This document shows, one piece after another, positions 45,801 through 55,956 of a stretch of 64,000 bases of DNA. Below the pieces are notes generated by a model. That model was not told the origin of the DNA. It ran no database searches and saw nothing but the letters and a program-made list of their open reading frames with translations. This DNA comes from Balanoglossus misakiensis (taxonomy: Eukaryota > Animalia > Hemichordata). The stretch covers positions 1,550,001-1,614,000 of the forward strand of contig CM082577.2 of the NCBI GenBank assembly GCA_040954595.2, written 5' to 3'. The position numbers were made by a program, and so were the translations under genes. The stretch's first letter is position 1. Every line of letters begins with the position of its first letter.

Positions 45801-48800
45801 TAGATGATAATTGATACTGAATCGAACAGTCATCATCCCCAGCTCTGCTGATAAACTCATACAATTTACAATATAACGAGTGAAGAATGACTTTCTGTCC
45901 GGACAGAAAGTCATGTGAGTCAGGCTAATGTTGACACACGTGACTAGTGCGCATGCGCACTCAAATGTGAATCTACGCAGAAGAGGTTTGGTCGCCCCAA
46001 ATCAAGCGACTCAGCGAAGAAATGCGCACTAATTCGGCGAAAATTTGGGAAGATAACTTTATGGGAGAAATCAGTCGATGGAACCAGATCAAATCCGAAA
46101 ATGGTCTGACCATCAAAATGTCAAAGTGGCACGTTTGCTGATCGACATGTACAACATTTCCGTTGTAAACAAACCCACGCATCATTTCAAGTGTTACGGG
46201 CGATATTTTCGGCTTGCATGTAGCTACAATTGCCCAAACCTTTCTTACATCTTCATTATATAGTATTCCATGATGGATGTACTGGAAAAACGGGCTTTTT
46301 TCGATGATGAAAAATGGATGCACACGAGAAATACTGGGGCTTTAATATCATTACCTGACCCCATTTCTGAAATCTCCAATTTGCAAGGATTCCAATCCCC
46401 ACCACTTCAATGATGTTTTCCTTTCTTGGCTGTTCACTGGCATAAAGGGAACAGAATCTCCTCTCAGAAAATGCAGGATTGGTAAGCACAGGAGAAATCT
46501 TGGGTCGATCAGCTGTGTTCCTTCAAATGTTCTATTGCACAAGGCAACTAAGGCATCTACCAGGGACCTTTAATGTTTAAAAATATAAATGAGTAAACCT
46601 GAAACAAAATTAAACTACGACTATGGAAGAATTAATCCTTATATAGACATGAAGGTGAGGAAAATGGAAAAGCAGTAAAGCACTATACTGACACCCACTT
46701 TAAGATAAACTCTTGTCCTGTTATCTCACATGTGTGACATGAGTTCTCAAAATGTAGCTTGGTAAAAAATAAATATGGCTGTGTTGAATACAAAAACAGC
46801 ATGCTTGAATTCTTTGGTATTCTTTGGTATAATGCATAGATACACAAAAAAACATCGGAAATTTTTTCTTAAAAACTAGATATCAATGTTATGTGGATAG
46901 TTGATGTTTAACAGTTCACTATACAATCAAAATAATAATACTATTACAGGTACCGGTATAGCAATCACCTTTTATCTTGGTCTGAAGGGAAATGATGCTG
47001 CAGTCGTTCGAAGTCAGAACAGACACCTTTGTCAACATCCGGTCTAATGAGTAAAGCTTCAAAAAGGTCTCCAATTTGAATATACTGCAATGACTTCAAC
47101 ATGTCATAACTGTGTAGGATATGCAGTATTGAGAGTGCTGCTACAAGTACAGTATGAGCTTCTTCTGCAGGTGGTGGTTGAATTTTCAGTAACTTGAAAG
47201 ACTCTAGTTTTGGTTCAAGATACTCATATAGTACCTACAAGACAGACAGTTTAACAGTTAATATCAACATAGCTGCCTACGTCTTGACATCGAGAGACAA
47301 CACACTTCTGGCTGTCTGGTACATGTAGTTTTCATCTGTTGGAGAGCACTCTTACAACCATGCAAAGTAAACTACAAATCAGGCAAGCTATTTTTAAACA
47401 AAAGCGGAAAACTGCCTACCCCAAAAGAGGATTTGGATATTTTATCCACAATTTTAATGCATAACAATGCAAACCATGACCCGTCCACCCCCACCCTGGC
47501 CACATATGTCACCCAATAATTCAAAGTTCAATGTGAATGGATTGCATAGTCAGTAGTCCATACTCTGGAGTGGAATTCACTAGATAAAACTATAAAGTAA
47601 AGCTGAATACTCCACAACACCAATTAATTACTACTGTACAGGGTTCTTTTACCAGTACTATTGTCAAGAAGCAATTTAGACAAACTTTACATGAAAAAAC
47701 ATTCTACACAAACATGCACAGTAATGAAAGCATGGACTTTGATCAAGCAGAGCTATTGGCTCACATGGTGTTCTCTCCAACACTTTATTCATCTTTAGCT
47801 CACAAGACCTCCGGCCCCTCCCAGAACAAGGGTTCTCTTACCTTTTTCATCTCAAAACCATGTGGTTTCCAATGGCCTTGAACAGCAAGAGCCACCTGTT
47901 CAACCTTCATTATTTCATCAAAGGCTAAACCTTTTGATGCGTTTTGGCCAACACAAAACCCTTCCCATGATGGTAGCATCTGCTTTGTAACGGCAATTTT
48001 ATTTTCCAGAGCATTTGTTTCAGTTGAAGATCTATCCCAAATTTTTTTAAAGCCACTTTTCAATTTTTCCTTCCAACCACTTGGATTTTGTTCTTCAGGA
48101 TATAGCACATCATCGTAGCGATTCCAAACACCTGCAAACACATTATAAAACACTACAATCAATGACTTGTAACCACTTAGTTACAGCTGCTGATGACAGT
48201 AATAAACATAGCATCAAGGACACTGTGGTCCTATTTGGTATACATCAGAATAAAATTTACGGGTGAGATTGGCAAAAAGATATGACCTTACCATATATAA
48301 ATATGGGAATGTAAAAAGAAATGTAAGTAGGAACATGCCCAATCAAGTGAATGAAATCCCATCTACAGCCTGGCATGCATCTGCCCACCAAATATCTACA
48401 TTAAGGAGATACACCCAGTGGTATCACCTAGTTTTTGATGTGGACGGACGTACATCCACACATACATGTACATACAGTCGCAACACAAGCGTTCCAGCAC
48501 CGATGTTTCCTCTTTAAGTGCCTTGCCGAAGGACACAACACCACAGCCATGCCAGGCCTGGAACCCACGATCCTCCGATCATGAGTCCACTGCTCTAACC
48601 AATGGACTATGAATTGATGCCGCCATACAGTACCCATAGATGGACAAAGCTCAATCCACTAGTCCCTCCTCCTCAGATTTCATCCCCAGGAACTAACACT
48701 TCATGCACCATATTTTACATGCACCATATTTTACATGCGGAAAGGATGAACTGAAGTCATATTTACCACCATTAGTGAGATGGTCCTGTGGCACCCGCAT

Positions 48801-51800
48801 CTTCCTGTTTTCTGGTGCACTGGTATAAGATGGAATGTACTCCCAGAGAAAGTTACCATCCGGAGCAACAACTTGGTACTTGTACTCCATTGTACTACTT
48901 CGCAAATCATTAAGCCGTGCATTCAAAGTGCCCTTAATCTGAACCATTTCATTGCACACTGTCCTGTACACATCAATGAGAAAAGCCAGTATTTCACCAC
49001 ATAGCATGTAAGTGAAACAAGTCAGACATTTACACAATCATGTAGTCTTCACTCGTGATCAACTTTCACAGACATACATGTCTAACTATTTTTTACATTT
49101 TGGTAATCGCAAAAGTATAAATGCAGCTGATTATACAAATTGATTCCTCATATAAGTCATGGAAGTACATTGCAAATAATAACTATATGATCAATGGTGT
49201 CAAGAACATACAGGCTCGAACATAAGCACATAGTATTTCCCAAAGTGCTACAGAAGGCAATACATTGAACATATGTTTAAATGCACAGTTCATACATTTT
49301 AACCCTATTTCAAAATACATGTACCTCAGAGTTCCTTTGTACCCTGGTAATAAAATAAATGCTTTCTGTGCCTAGAAATGCCTACATGTACCGGTATGTA
49401 GGCACTGTGCTTTTACACTTTGCAAGAATTATTAAAAGCAACAAGGTTTATTGTTCTATGGTCCCATGAACACATTAGTGACAGAGAAGAAAAGTACTGA
49501 TTATTAAGCGAACCAAAGACCCTGGAGCGAATGGGACAAACGACTGCAGCTTTTCCTTTGAAGTAGTGGCTGTTGTAACCCCCCTAATCCGTCATAAACA
49601 TGATAAGCATCACCAGAGAGCTCCCCCCATCCCAATCGTTTATCATAGTTTCACATAATTTCCGAGATGTGACTGCAAATTATCATGAAACCTGGTAAAA
49701 TACGATATGTGACATTGTCAGACTGTTCACGCATGCTAATTTTGTTCATACGGATACCGGATGGGACATAAAATGTTCACAGAGTTTCCGTAGGGTAAAT
49801 CACTTATTAGTTTTCCATACATGTATACCTGTACATCTTTAAAATTTAGTGGATACAACTGACAAAATTCACTTACCCTGTTGGCTTCAGAATCACACAT
49901 GGGTGCTCCCATCCTCCAAAAGCTGGAATATCACATTTTATCATCACTTTGTCTTTCTTTGAATCATACCCAAAGGTCGGTGAAAGCCATGCATAGAAAT
50001 TTATATTCACAGTCTTCTCTCCAGGCCGGGGTAGATCTTGATAAAGTTCAAGGGATGTACTCTGTTTCTTACTATCCTTCCTTTGATCCTTCTTTCTGTT
50101 TTTATCTTGATTTTCACTTTTGCTGTCAGTACAGAAATGATGATACATGTATTAGGAGGCACAGCATATATCTGACTATTGACACAGCTTATACACAAAT
50201 TTATAGAGAAAACATCGTCATGGACACTGTACTCATACTTGAATGGCACAGGTTCATTTTCAGTGTGAAATACACGTACATGTAGCTTATCAGTCATTTT
50301 TATTTTTTATATAAATTTTCTTTCTTATTCTCATTCTCATTACAAATTATTTTACATGTCATAAGGAGGACATCATTGCACGCAAATTACAAATGCCACT
50401 GGTGAAGACGTTTCAAAGAAATGGAGGTTTTTTGCCAAAATTTGCCTTAAAATTCAAGACCAACAATGAACATTTTATTGATAATTTTGGCACACATTAA
50501 TGAGGCCATTCCTAGGACCAAACAAACTAAATTTCAAAGCAACTAAATGAAAGTTTGACAAACAACAAAAAATGTCAAAAACACAATATTTTCACAAATC
50601 TGACTGAAACCAATCTTATATATACATAAAACATCACAATAAATTTAAGAGCATGATGTTTTGACCCAAAATGAGGAAAATCACAAAAACATAGCTAAAA
50701 ATAGAAAATTCCTAATATCGGCATAAACTGAGCAAATCTATAACTGCTATACTTGAGATATAAAATGCAAAACACTTTTTTAAAATGAAACATGGCATTT
50801 TAAAACTGTTAATGTGGAATGTCTTACCCTTTCTTATCTTTGTTCTTTATCTTAATTGTCTTCTTCCCTACTGTTTCTCCAGTTTCACCCCCAGCTTCAT
50901 TTTCTTTCTTGTTATGCCAGTAACCTTCTTTGGATGTCTGTGATGGTAAAGTGATAAAGATATGCCGGGATGAGTAAACTACTTTAATTCTAGGACGTCC
51001 ACAGGACCAGTAAGGTACGTCATGCAAACAAGTGCAGTTACAATCCACTCATGGAGGTTGCTGCCATCACTGACCATTTAGTTACATGTGTACTGTTGCA
51101 TGTGACCACATGTACTAGTATTTGGCAAGTAAAATTTGTATACGTAATAGACCACTTTAAAAATTATTCCCCTCTTTTGCTCTTGTCCATATAAAAAAGA
51201 AATTGTCATCTCTATTCCATCATATATTATTAACACAACTTACCTCATCTTTATTCCCTTTCTGACTCTTCTGTTCACTTTTACCTTGGTCAATATTTTC
51301 TTCTTTACCTTTCCCTTCATTTCCATTTGATTCAAGACTAGCATCCTGTCTAACTGATGCAGAAAGAACTGTGGTGGATACTTGTGTTTCTACTTTTGCC
51401 ATACTTTCACCAGTGGCTGTTTCTTCTTTACGTTTCCAGATTGAAGCAGCTGCCATTCCATTTAATGTGGCTACTGCTTGGTACCCTCTAAACAGCCCCC
51501 TCTCTTCTGCAATCCATACATGATATTCTACTAATGTATATGCAAATGGACACATGCCTGGGTTTTCACACAGTTGATCTGTTCCAATTTCTTCACAGAA
51601 ATATGGTTGGACATGCTTTGGCTTTGGTCTGATCACTGTCCATGCCCCATTTTTGCGGTCATTGAAACGACAACAAAGGATTGTCTTCTTGCAGCCTTTA
51701 CTCCAGTGGCTTTTTGTTCCAGTCATTTTGTAATCATTTACTCCACGTCCCTGTTTGGCTACACACATATCACAAACAAGTTTAAACTGGAATATTTGAT

Positions 51801-51997
51801 CAAAACTTTTTCCCGGCGGAAATTCTACTTCAGGTATTAGTAGTCTTCCTTTCACTGGAGCAGATGATAGGGGAACTTCAACTTCAACTTTGTATGTAGT
51901 AGGTTGCTGTCTGTTCTGTGAAACCACTTCTAGCTTCTTGGTGCCTTGATCTTCTGGCACAGTTGACCTGTTTTGAACTACTTCATGCTCCTGTTGT

Positions 51998-52029
<32 letters not shown>

Positions 52030-52326
52030 TTCTTGCAGTGAAGGCATCTCTTTCGTCACTGATGCACCACTTGCCAGTCTTTCCATTTCATCCTCATCAC
52101 CATCCCTTTCACCAGAATCAGAAATAGACATCCTTTCTCCTTCATCTTCTTTTTCTTTTTCTGATGTTGCTTCTTGGTCTGTGACAGCTGAAGCTTCTAG
52201 ATGCCCTTGGGTGCCATCTTTATTTGTTGCCAGCTCTCCTGATTGGACAGTCTCATCTGGTTCCTTACTTGCTTGTGTGACTTTAGGTGATGATGGTGTA
52301 TTGCCTGATACACTGTTAAGCTGAAG

Positions 52327-52392
<66 letters not shown>

Positions 52393-54411
52393 TGGTGAAA
52401 TCTCTTGCTTTGGTTTGGAAGGCTGTGTCCTAAGACTATGTATCTTAATCCCATCGCTAGAACCTGAACAACTTTCTTCAATTTGTCCTTGTGTAGGCAT
52501 TTGACCAAAGACCTTTGTATATTTGGTCTGCTCATTCTGCAGCACTGTTGTTGGTTCTGCTGACTCTCGTTTCAGTGACTTCACAGGCTGAGCACCGTTC
52601 TTCTCTTTTGCAGTGGTCTGTCCGAACTGTACAGGAGGGACTTCTTCCTGCTTTACATGCACTGGTTTTGACTCTTCATCCCTCTTCTTTTGTGTTGTCA
52701 TCTCTTTGGCATTCACAGTCTGTGGCACTTTTTGTTCTTGATTTTCTGATTGTTGACCTCTGTCTTTCCCTGCAATAACTGGCTGTTGTTGTAGTTTCTG
52801 TTGCTGCAATTCGTCACTAGCTGCATGTTGAAAATCAGGCCCTTGTCCCTCCATCTTTCCATCAACAGGTTCTTTTGACTGAGATTGAACACTGTGTTTC
52901 TGTGGGTGTCCACTTTGCTGCTGTTGAAGTTCTTGATGCTCTGTTCCTTGCAGATGAACTGGTCCAGTTGACTGTCTGACTACAGTCTCTTCGGTGATAC
53001 CTTCTTTCCGTTCAATTTTCTGAGGAGATGATTCTGTCTGTGGTACTACTTGACTCTCTGCAGGTATTGGCTGAATTTCTGGTGTTTGCTGGCTTTGTGT
53101 CTTCTCACCTGCCTGAATGAGAGGTGGTTGCTGTGCATCAACAGTCTGTAACTGGGTGCTCTGTGTCTGTCGCTGTTCTGGTTCTACACCACTCTGATCA
53201 CTTGAAGCTTGCTGAGTTTCCATAGACGGCAACTGGGTGTTCTGTGATGGCTGCTGTACTGTGTTTACACCAGTCTGGTCAAGAGATGGAGGCTGTGACA
53301 CCATACTTGTGGGTTGAGAAGTCTGTGGTTGTTGCTGTTGCTGCTGTAACTCAGAACGCGGCTCTTGTGTCTGATGACTAGGTTGCTGCGTTTCTACAAT
53401 TTGTTGTGGTTGAGCATTCGGCGGTGACTGCAGGCCTTGGTTTATGCCCCTCTGCACCTCATCAAGGGACGGTGGTTGTCCAGCCATACTTTGAGGTGGG
53501 GTAGTTTGTGGCTGCTGATATTGCTGCTGTTGCTGCCATGACTGTTGTTGGGAACCTGGCATGAAACTCTGCTGAGGCTGCTGAAACCCTGGTTGCGGCA
53601 TTTGTCCTCCCGGCACCTGTCCAATCTGGCCAGCCATGGACTGCATGAACTGCATGAACATAGCTTGAAGTTGTTCCGCAGGCATTTGCTGAAACATGCT
53701 CATCATGGGCTGCCCAAGCAAACTTGGATCTGGAACTCCTTGCCCAGGGTTTGGCTGAGGAGTATGATAAGGGGGATTATTACCGTCTCCTTGTCCATAT
53801 TGCGGGGCTGCTGGTACATTCTGGTTGATATTGGTAACACCTGGAGTTGGACCCGATGGACAAAATTTTAATAAATATGATATGTTCATTCTAAATTTGA
53901 AAATATTGAAGAATACGTATTCACACCAATTAATGCCTGAATGCAACGCACATGAACCCAACAATGGCTATTTTTGTGCAAAGAGCAGCTTCGGCAATTT
54001 GATATTAAAATCTAGTAAATAAATTTGTGTTCTTTCACTATAAATTAAATAATATTAACAATGTGACTACAAGAACAAAGAAATTGATTGTGTTTGTCAA
54101 TTTTTATTTTTATGTGACAACAGTAATAATAACAACAACATCAACATCCTATACCCTGATCAATAGGATTTCTCTGTTCCCTTGTGCATACACTTATACA
54201 ACATGCAAACAAGATTGTTCTTTTTCCAGGCACTCATAGAACATACAATTAAATCACAAGTCCTACCTATCAGTGGACCAGGGCCATGAGTTTCCTCAGC
54301 TCCTTGTGACTGTAATTTTCGCAGTTTGTGTCCACAATGGGGACAAAACATAGGATTTGCTTCAATAATTGGGTTTTTGCATTGGTCACAAACCAGATGT
54401 GAACCCTCCAT
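6164..54411 (-). CDS. RNF213: RNF213/mysterin-like giant AAA+ ATPase and E3 ubiquitin ligase, about 85 coding exons
   Basis: Minus-strand exons give, in order: N-terminal zinc ribbon (CDQC..PMFCPHCGHKL); CBM20-like segment (VNINFYAWLSPTF..GGWE); Walker motifs VVTSTRAGVGKS, GETGCGKT/VLFFDEANT and GKPGSSKS/VVVLDEVGLAE; ISNWALDPAKMNRG; LLNLENLYESLYDALNQYY..VDLGLGTHRVKCRVH; FPIPLINRLEKH; C3HC4 RING; RZ finger (WYECPNGHPY..CGRP); and C-terminal LIAYDPEKDLLPMVLSHCNYSLEVG, with the stop at 6164-6166. Splice sites and phases are compatible where checked. Confidence 0.96.
6565..6658. mobile_element. TTAA-flanked piggyBac-type MITE; related fragments at ~36344-36410 and ~38745-38800
   Basis: TTAA|CCCTTACACCACCATT ... 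AATGGGGGTGAAAGGG|TTAA. Its internal tccaaatccattgttttctatgg recurs reverse-complemented near 36385. Confidence 0.6.
11839..11939 (-). CDS. RNF213: RNF213 RZ-finger exon variant B (alternative; Tyr at the His position)
   Basis: ctgtag|TGT GGC AGA...GCC AGA AC|gtaagt; 101 nt, phase 0/2; CGRPNGLGQCKDCGAEIGGVRYNQAAKGNRLAR. Confidence 0.8.
12010..12107 (-). CDS. RNF213: RNF213 RZ-finger exon variant A (canonical His)
   Basis: ttgtcag|TGT GGT CGT...GCT AGA AC|gtaagt; 98 nt, phase 0/2; CGRPYGLGVCKDCGQQIGGQSHTPAAGNKIAR. Confidence 0.9.
12457..12491 (-). CDS. RNF213: RNF213 35-nt micro-exon encoding the first half of the RZ finger
   Basis: ttttcag|AA TGT CCG AAT GGT CAC CCC TAC ACA ATT GGA GAT|gtaagt = (E)CPNGHPYTIGD; joins the upstream exon ending ..ETVQWY. 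Confidence 0.9.
16180..16362 (-). CDS. RNF213: RNF213 RING (C3HC4) exon
   Basis: CEVCQEAIKEPVALPCEHVFCLNCIKEWFKVRERICPKC, with all eight ligands present. Confidence 0.92.
26755..34210 (-). CDS. RNF213: RNF213 AAA+ core exons (Walker A/B motifs)
   Basis: Exons ~33976-34210 (TSTRAGVGKS), ~30296-30421 (IPVIVMGETGCGKTRL), ~29712-29950 (VLFFDEANTTEAIG), ~27377-27598 (LFLVGKPGSSKSLAK), ~27019-27189 (VVVLDEVGLAEDSP) and ~26755-26927 (ISNWALDPAKMNRG). Confidence 0.92.
27806..27888. repeat. Compound (GAAT/AAAT)n-(CAAT)n microsatellite
   Basis: tgaatgagtgaatgaataaatgaatg... followed by caatcaatcaat... Confidence 0.9.
30877..31046. mobile_element. Tc1/mariner-pogo type MITE
   Basis: 13-bp TIR CAGTGAAACCTGT / ACAGGTTTCACTG; TA on the right flank (TG on the left); internal repeats of taatagagaggtgtcc. 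Confidence 0.8.
35180..35350. repeat. Degenerate (TACT)n low-complexity intronic repeat
   Basis: Repeated tactt/actt units. Confidence 0.75.
44255..44362 (+). mobile_element. tRNA-derived SINE fragment
   Basis: B-box-like gggttcaagac followed by gtgcccttgagcaaggcatttt..ttgcttc..acccagg..tgggtacc, a core typical of widespread metazoan SINE2 families. Confidence 0.6.
45739..46341. mobile_element. Non-autonomous Kolobok-like DNA transposon (603 bp)
   Basis: TTAA on both flanks; TIR AGCCACAGTATTTCTCGT vs AGCCCCAGTATTTCTCGT (17/18); RR...YY termini; CpG-richer than the flanks. Confidence 0.8.
48400..48620 (-). mobile_element. tRNA-derived SINE
   Basis: Minus strand reads tagtccattggttagagcagtggactcatgatcggaggatcgtgggttccaggcc (A/B boxes, tRNA-like head), then gtgtccttcggcaaggcactt. 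The 3' boundary is approximate. Confidence 0.7.
51244..53840 (-). CDS. RNF213: RNF213 giant N-terminal exon (2597 nt): Q/P-rich, polyQ tracts, zinc module
   Basis: The acceptor ctccag|GT (phase 1) matches the donor of exon 54267-54411. The donor GAG|gtaagt (phase 0) matches exon 50828-50937. Lies within the 914-aa ORF. Confidence 0.8.
52327..52389 (-). repeat. Pure (CAA)21 coding microsatellite (polyQ21); second Q13 tract at ~51991-52029
   Basis: Uninterrupted ttg x21 on the + strand, in frame in the giant exon. Confidence 0.95.
54267..54411 (-). CDS. RNF213: RNF213 first coding exon (zinc ribbon); exon acceptor at 54436
   Basis: MEGSHLVCDQCKNPIIEANPMFCPHCGHKL resembles the vertebrate RNF213 N-terminus CxxC...FCxxCGxxL. 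Good Kozak context (acaATGG). An AG acceptor 25 nt upstream implies a non-coding upstream exon. Confidence 0.85.
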
Positions 54412-54990
54412 TGTCTTCCCTGGCAGTGGTAGTCACCTGCAATTCTGAATAATAAATCAAATCGAACTCAGGAGTCAGGCTGAATTATCTTCAATTATTA
54501 AAATATATGGATGGTTAGATATATATACTTGTAGTGTGACAATGAAAACTGACTATCTACTTGTGACAAAGTGCTATATGGTATGCATGGTACGTGTGAA
54601 ATTTACCTTTACAGTGGACAAATCTGTCACATGAACATTTCTACATGTACATGCACTGCGTCATGAGTCCAAAGTACAACTCTAGGCTCTTCATAAAATA
54701 CATAGAATGCCTGTTCATTCTGAACCCCAATTATGTTGAATTTTTATTCCGTTTTATACAAAGGCTGGGCGGGACCTGGCACAGACCCTCCCAAGTAAAT
54801 TACCTATTACCCAGAAATGCACAGCATAAGCATTGTCTTTTGACATTGAGTACCAGGAAACAAATCTAGGTGAAAAGGTTACAGTGAGTGGGCGTAGTGT
54901 TTGAGAGGTGTTCACTGGAAATGTTGATCAATTCCTACTCAACTTTATTCATGTACATGTACCTATGCAAAATTAATTTAATGTTCGAAT

Positions 54991-55956
54991 CAGGGATCGC
55001 GTTAACGCAGAATTCCGCGTCCGGGACGCAAGCTTTTTTGCTGGGACGCGGGTTCACTTTGATGTCTGCGTCCGGGGAACCCCAGCTGAGCGCACACTGC
55101 AATAATTAATGATCGTCTTGTAATTTTAATTTGTTTATTCAAAAACGCTTTTACGGCTTGCTAATCCAGAAGATTGACACTTGTAAACAAAAACAAAGTG
55201 TGAAATAATCATTTGACTAAAGCATGTTAGAGTTTTCCTGACAACAAAAGAAAAACTGGCTTCGTTTTTTCTTTGGCAGGTCCGCCAATTGCCTTGTCAA
55301 CAAGTTGTGAACGATGTGTCATTAATTAGGGGCCGATGTCGAGAGCGGGTGGTCGCGCGCGATCGCGGGACGTACCCATGCAGCCGGCCGACTGCATCGA
55401 GCGGTGGACCCGATGTACCGCGCACGGTCAATCGAACGCGCGCGACCTTGTTTTCGACAGTTCAGCGGGTGTCTTTGTTGACTCTCTCGTTCTATGTGTT
55501 TGATTTCCGCAAAAAAGAGAACATTTCTCGCTATGGGGGCAAAACTCGTCAACGATCAGAACACTCTGACAACGATAGCTATGCATCGCTTCCTCACTGT
55601 GGTTCAGGGGGCTCTCCCTCCGCGATTTTATTGTTTGTTTGTTTGTTGTTGTTGTTGTTGTTGTTGTTGTTATTGATTGGCAAAATCTTTTTCTCAAGCT
55701 ATGTCAAACTTCAATGAACAGAAAGCCAGAAGGAAATTACTTTATAATAAAAAATGAAACGTTCATAGAAAATGAAAATAAATGTGGAAATACACTTAAA
55801 GTGTGATGTTGACTTCGCCAGTAAGTGTGTGGCGAGTACGTATGTGTTATAATATATTGAAAAAATGGGGACCCACAAAAATATTTAGGGACCCCTGATT
55901 TTCACAAGGAAGGGGTCCCAGGGACCCCAAGATTTTGAGGCCTAGCGCAATCCCTG
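54991..55956. mobile_element. Non-autonomous hAT transposon (966 bp)
   Basis: Perfect 8-bp TSD GTTCGAAT (54983-54990, 55957-55964); TIR CAGGGATCGCGTTA vs CAGGGATTGCGCTA; subterminal GGGAC(G/C)C repeats; CpG-rich; no transposase. Confidence 0.9.

Noticed and set aside
6743-50297. Numerous short plus-strand ORFs as nested genes
   Set aside because: They are antisense shadows of RNF213 exons or random intronic ORFs with no recognisable motifs or coherent splice structure.
52197-52535. Poly-Asn ORF
   Set aside because: Alternative frame of the (CAA)21 polyQ repeat.
51220-53964. 914-aa ORF as a stand-alone gene
   Set aside because: Its ends are intron-like, and phase-compatible splice sites at 53840 and 51244 join it to the flanking RNF213 exons.
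55289-55717. 142-aa and overlapping ORFs as a transposase or membrane protein
   Set aside because: They lie inside the non-autonomous hAT element; the poly-L/T/C runs come from a (TTG)n microsatellite; no transposase motifs.
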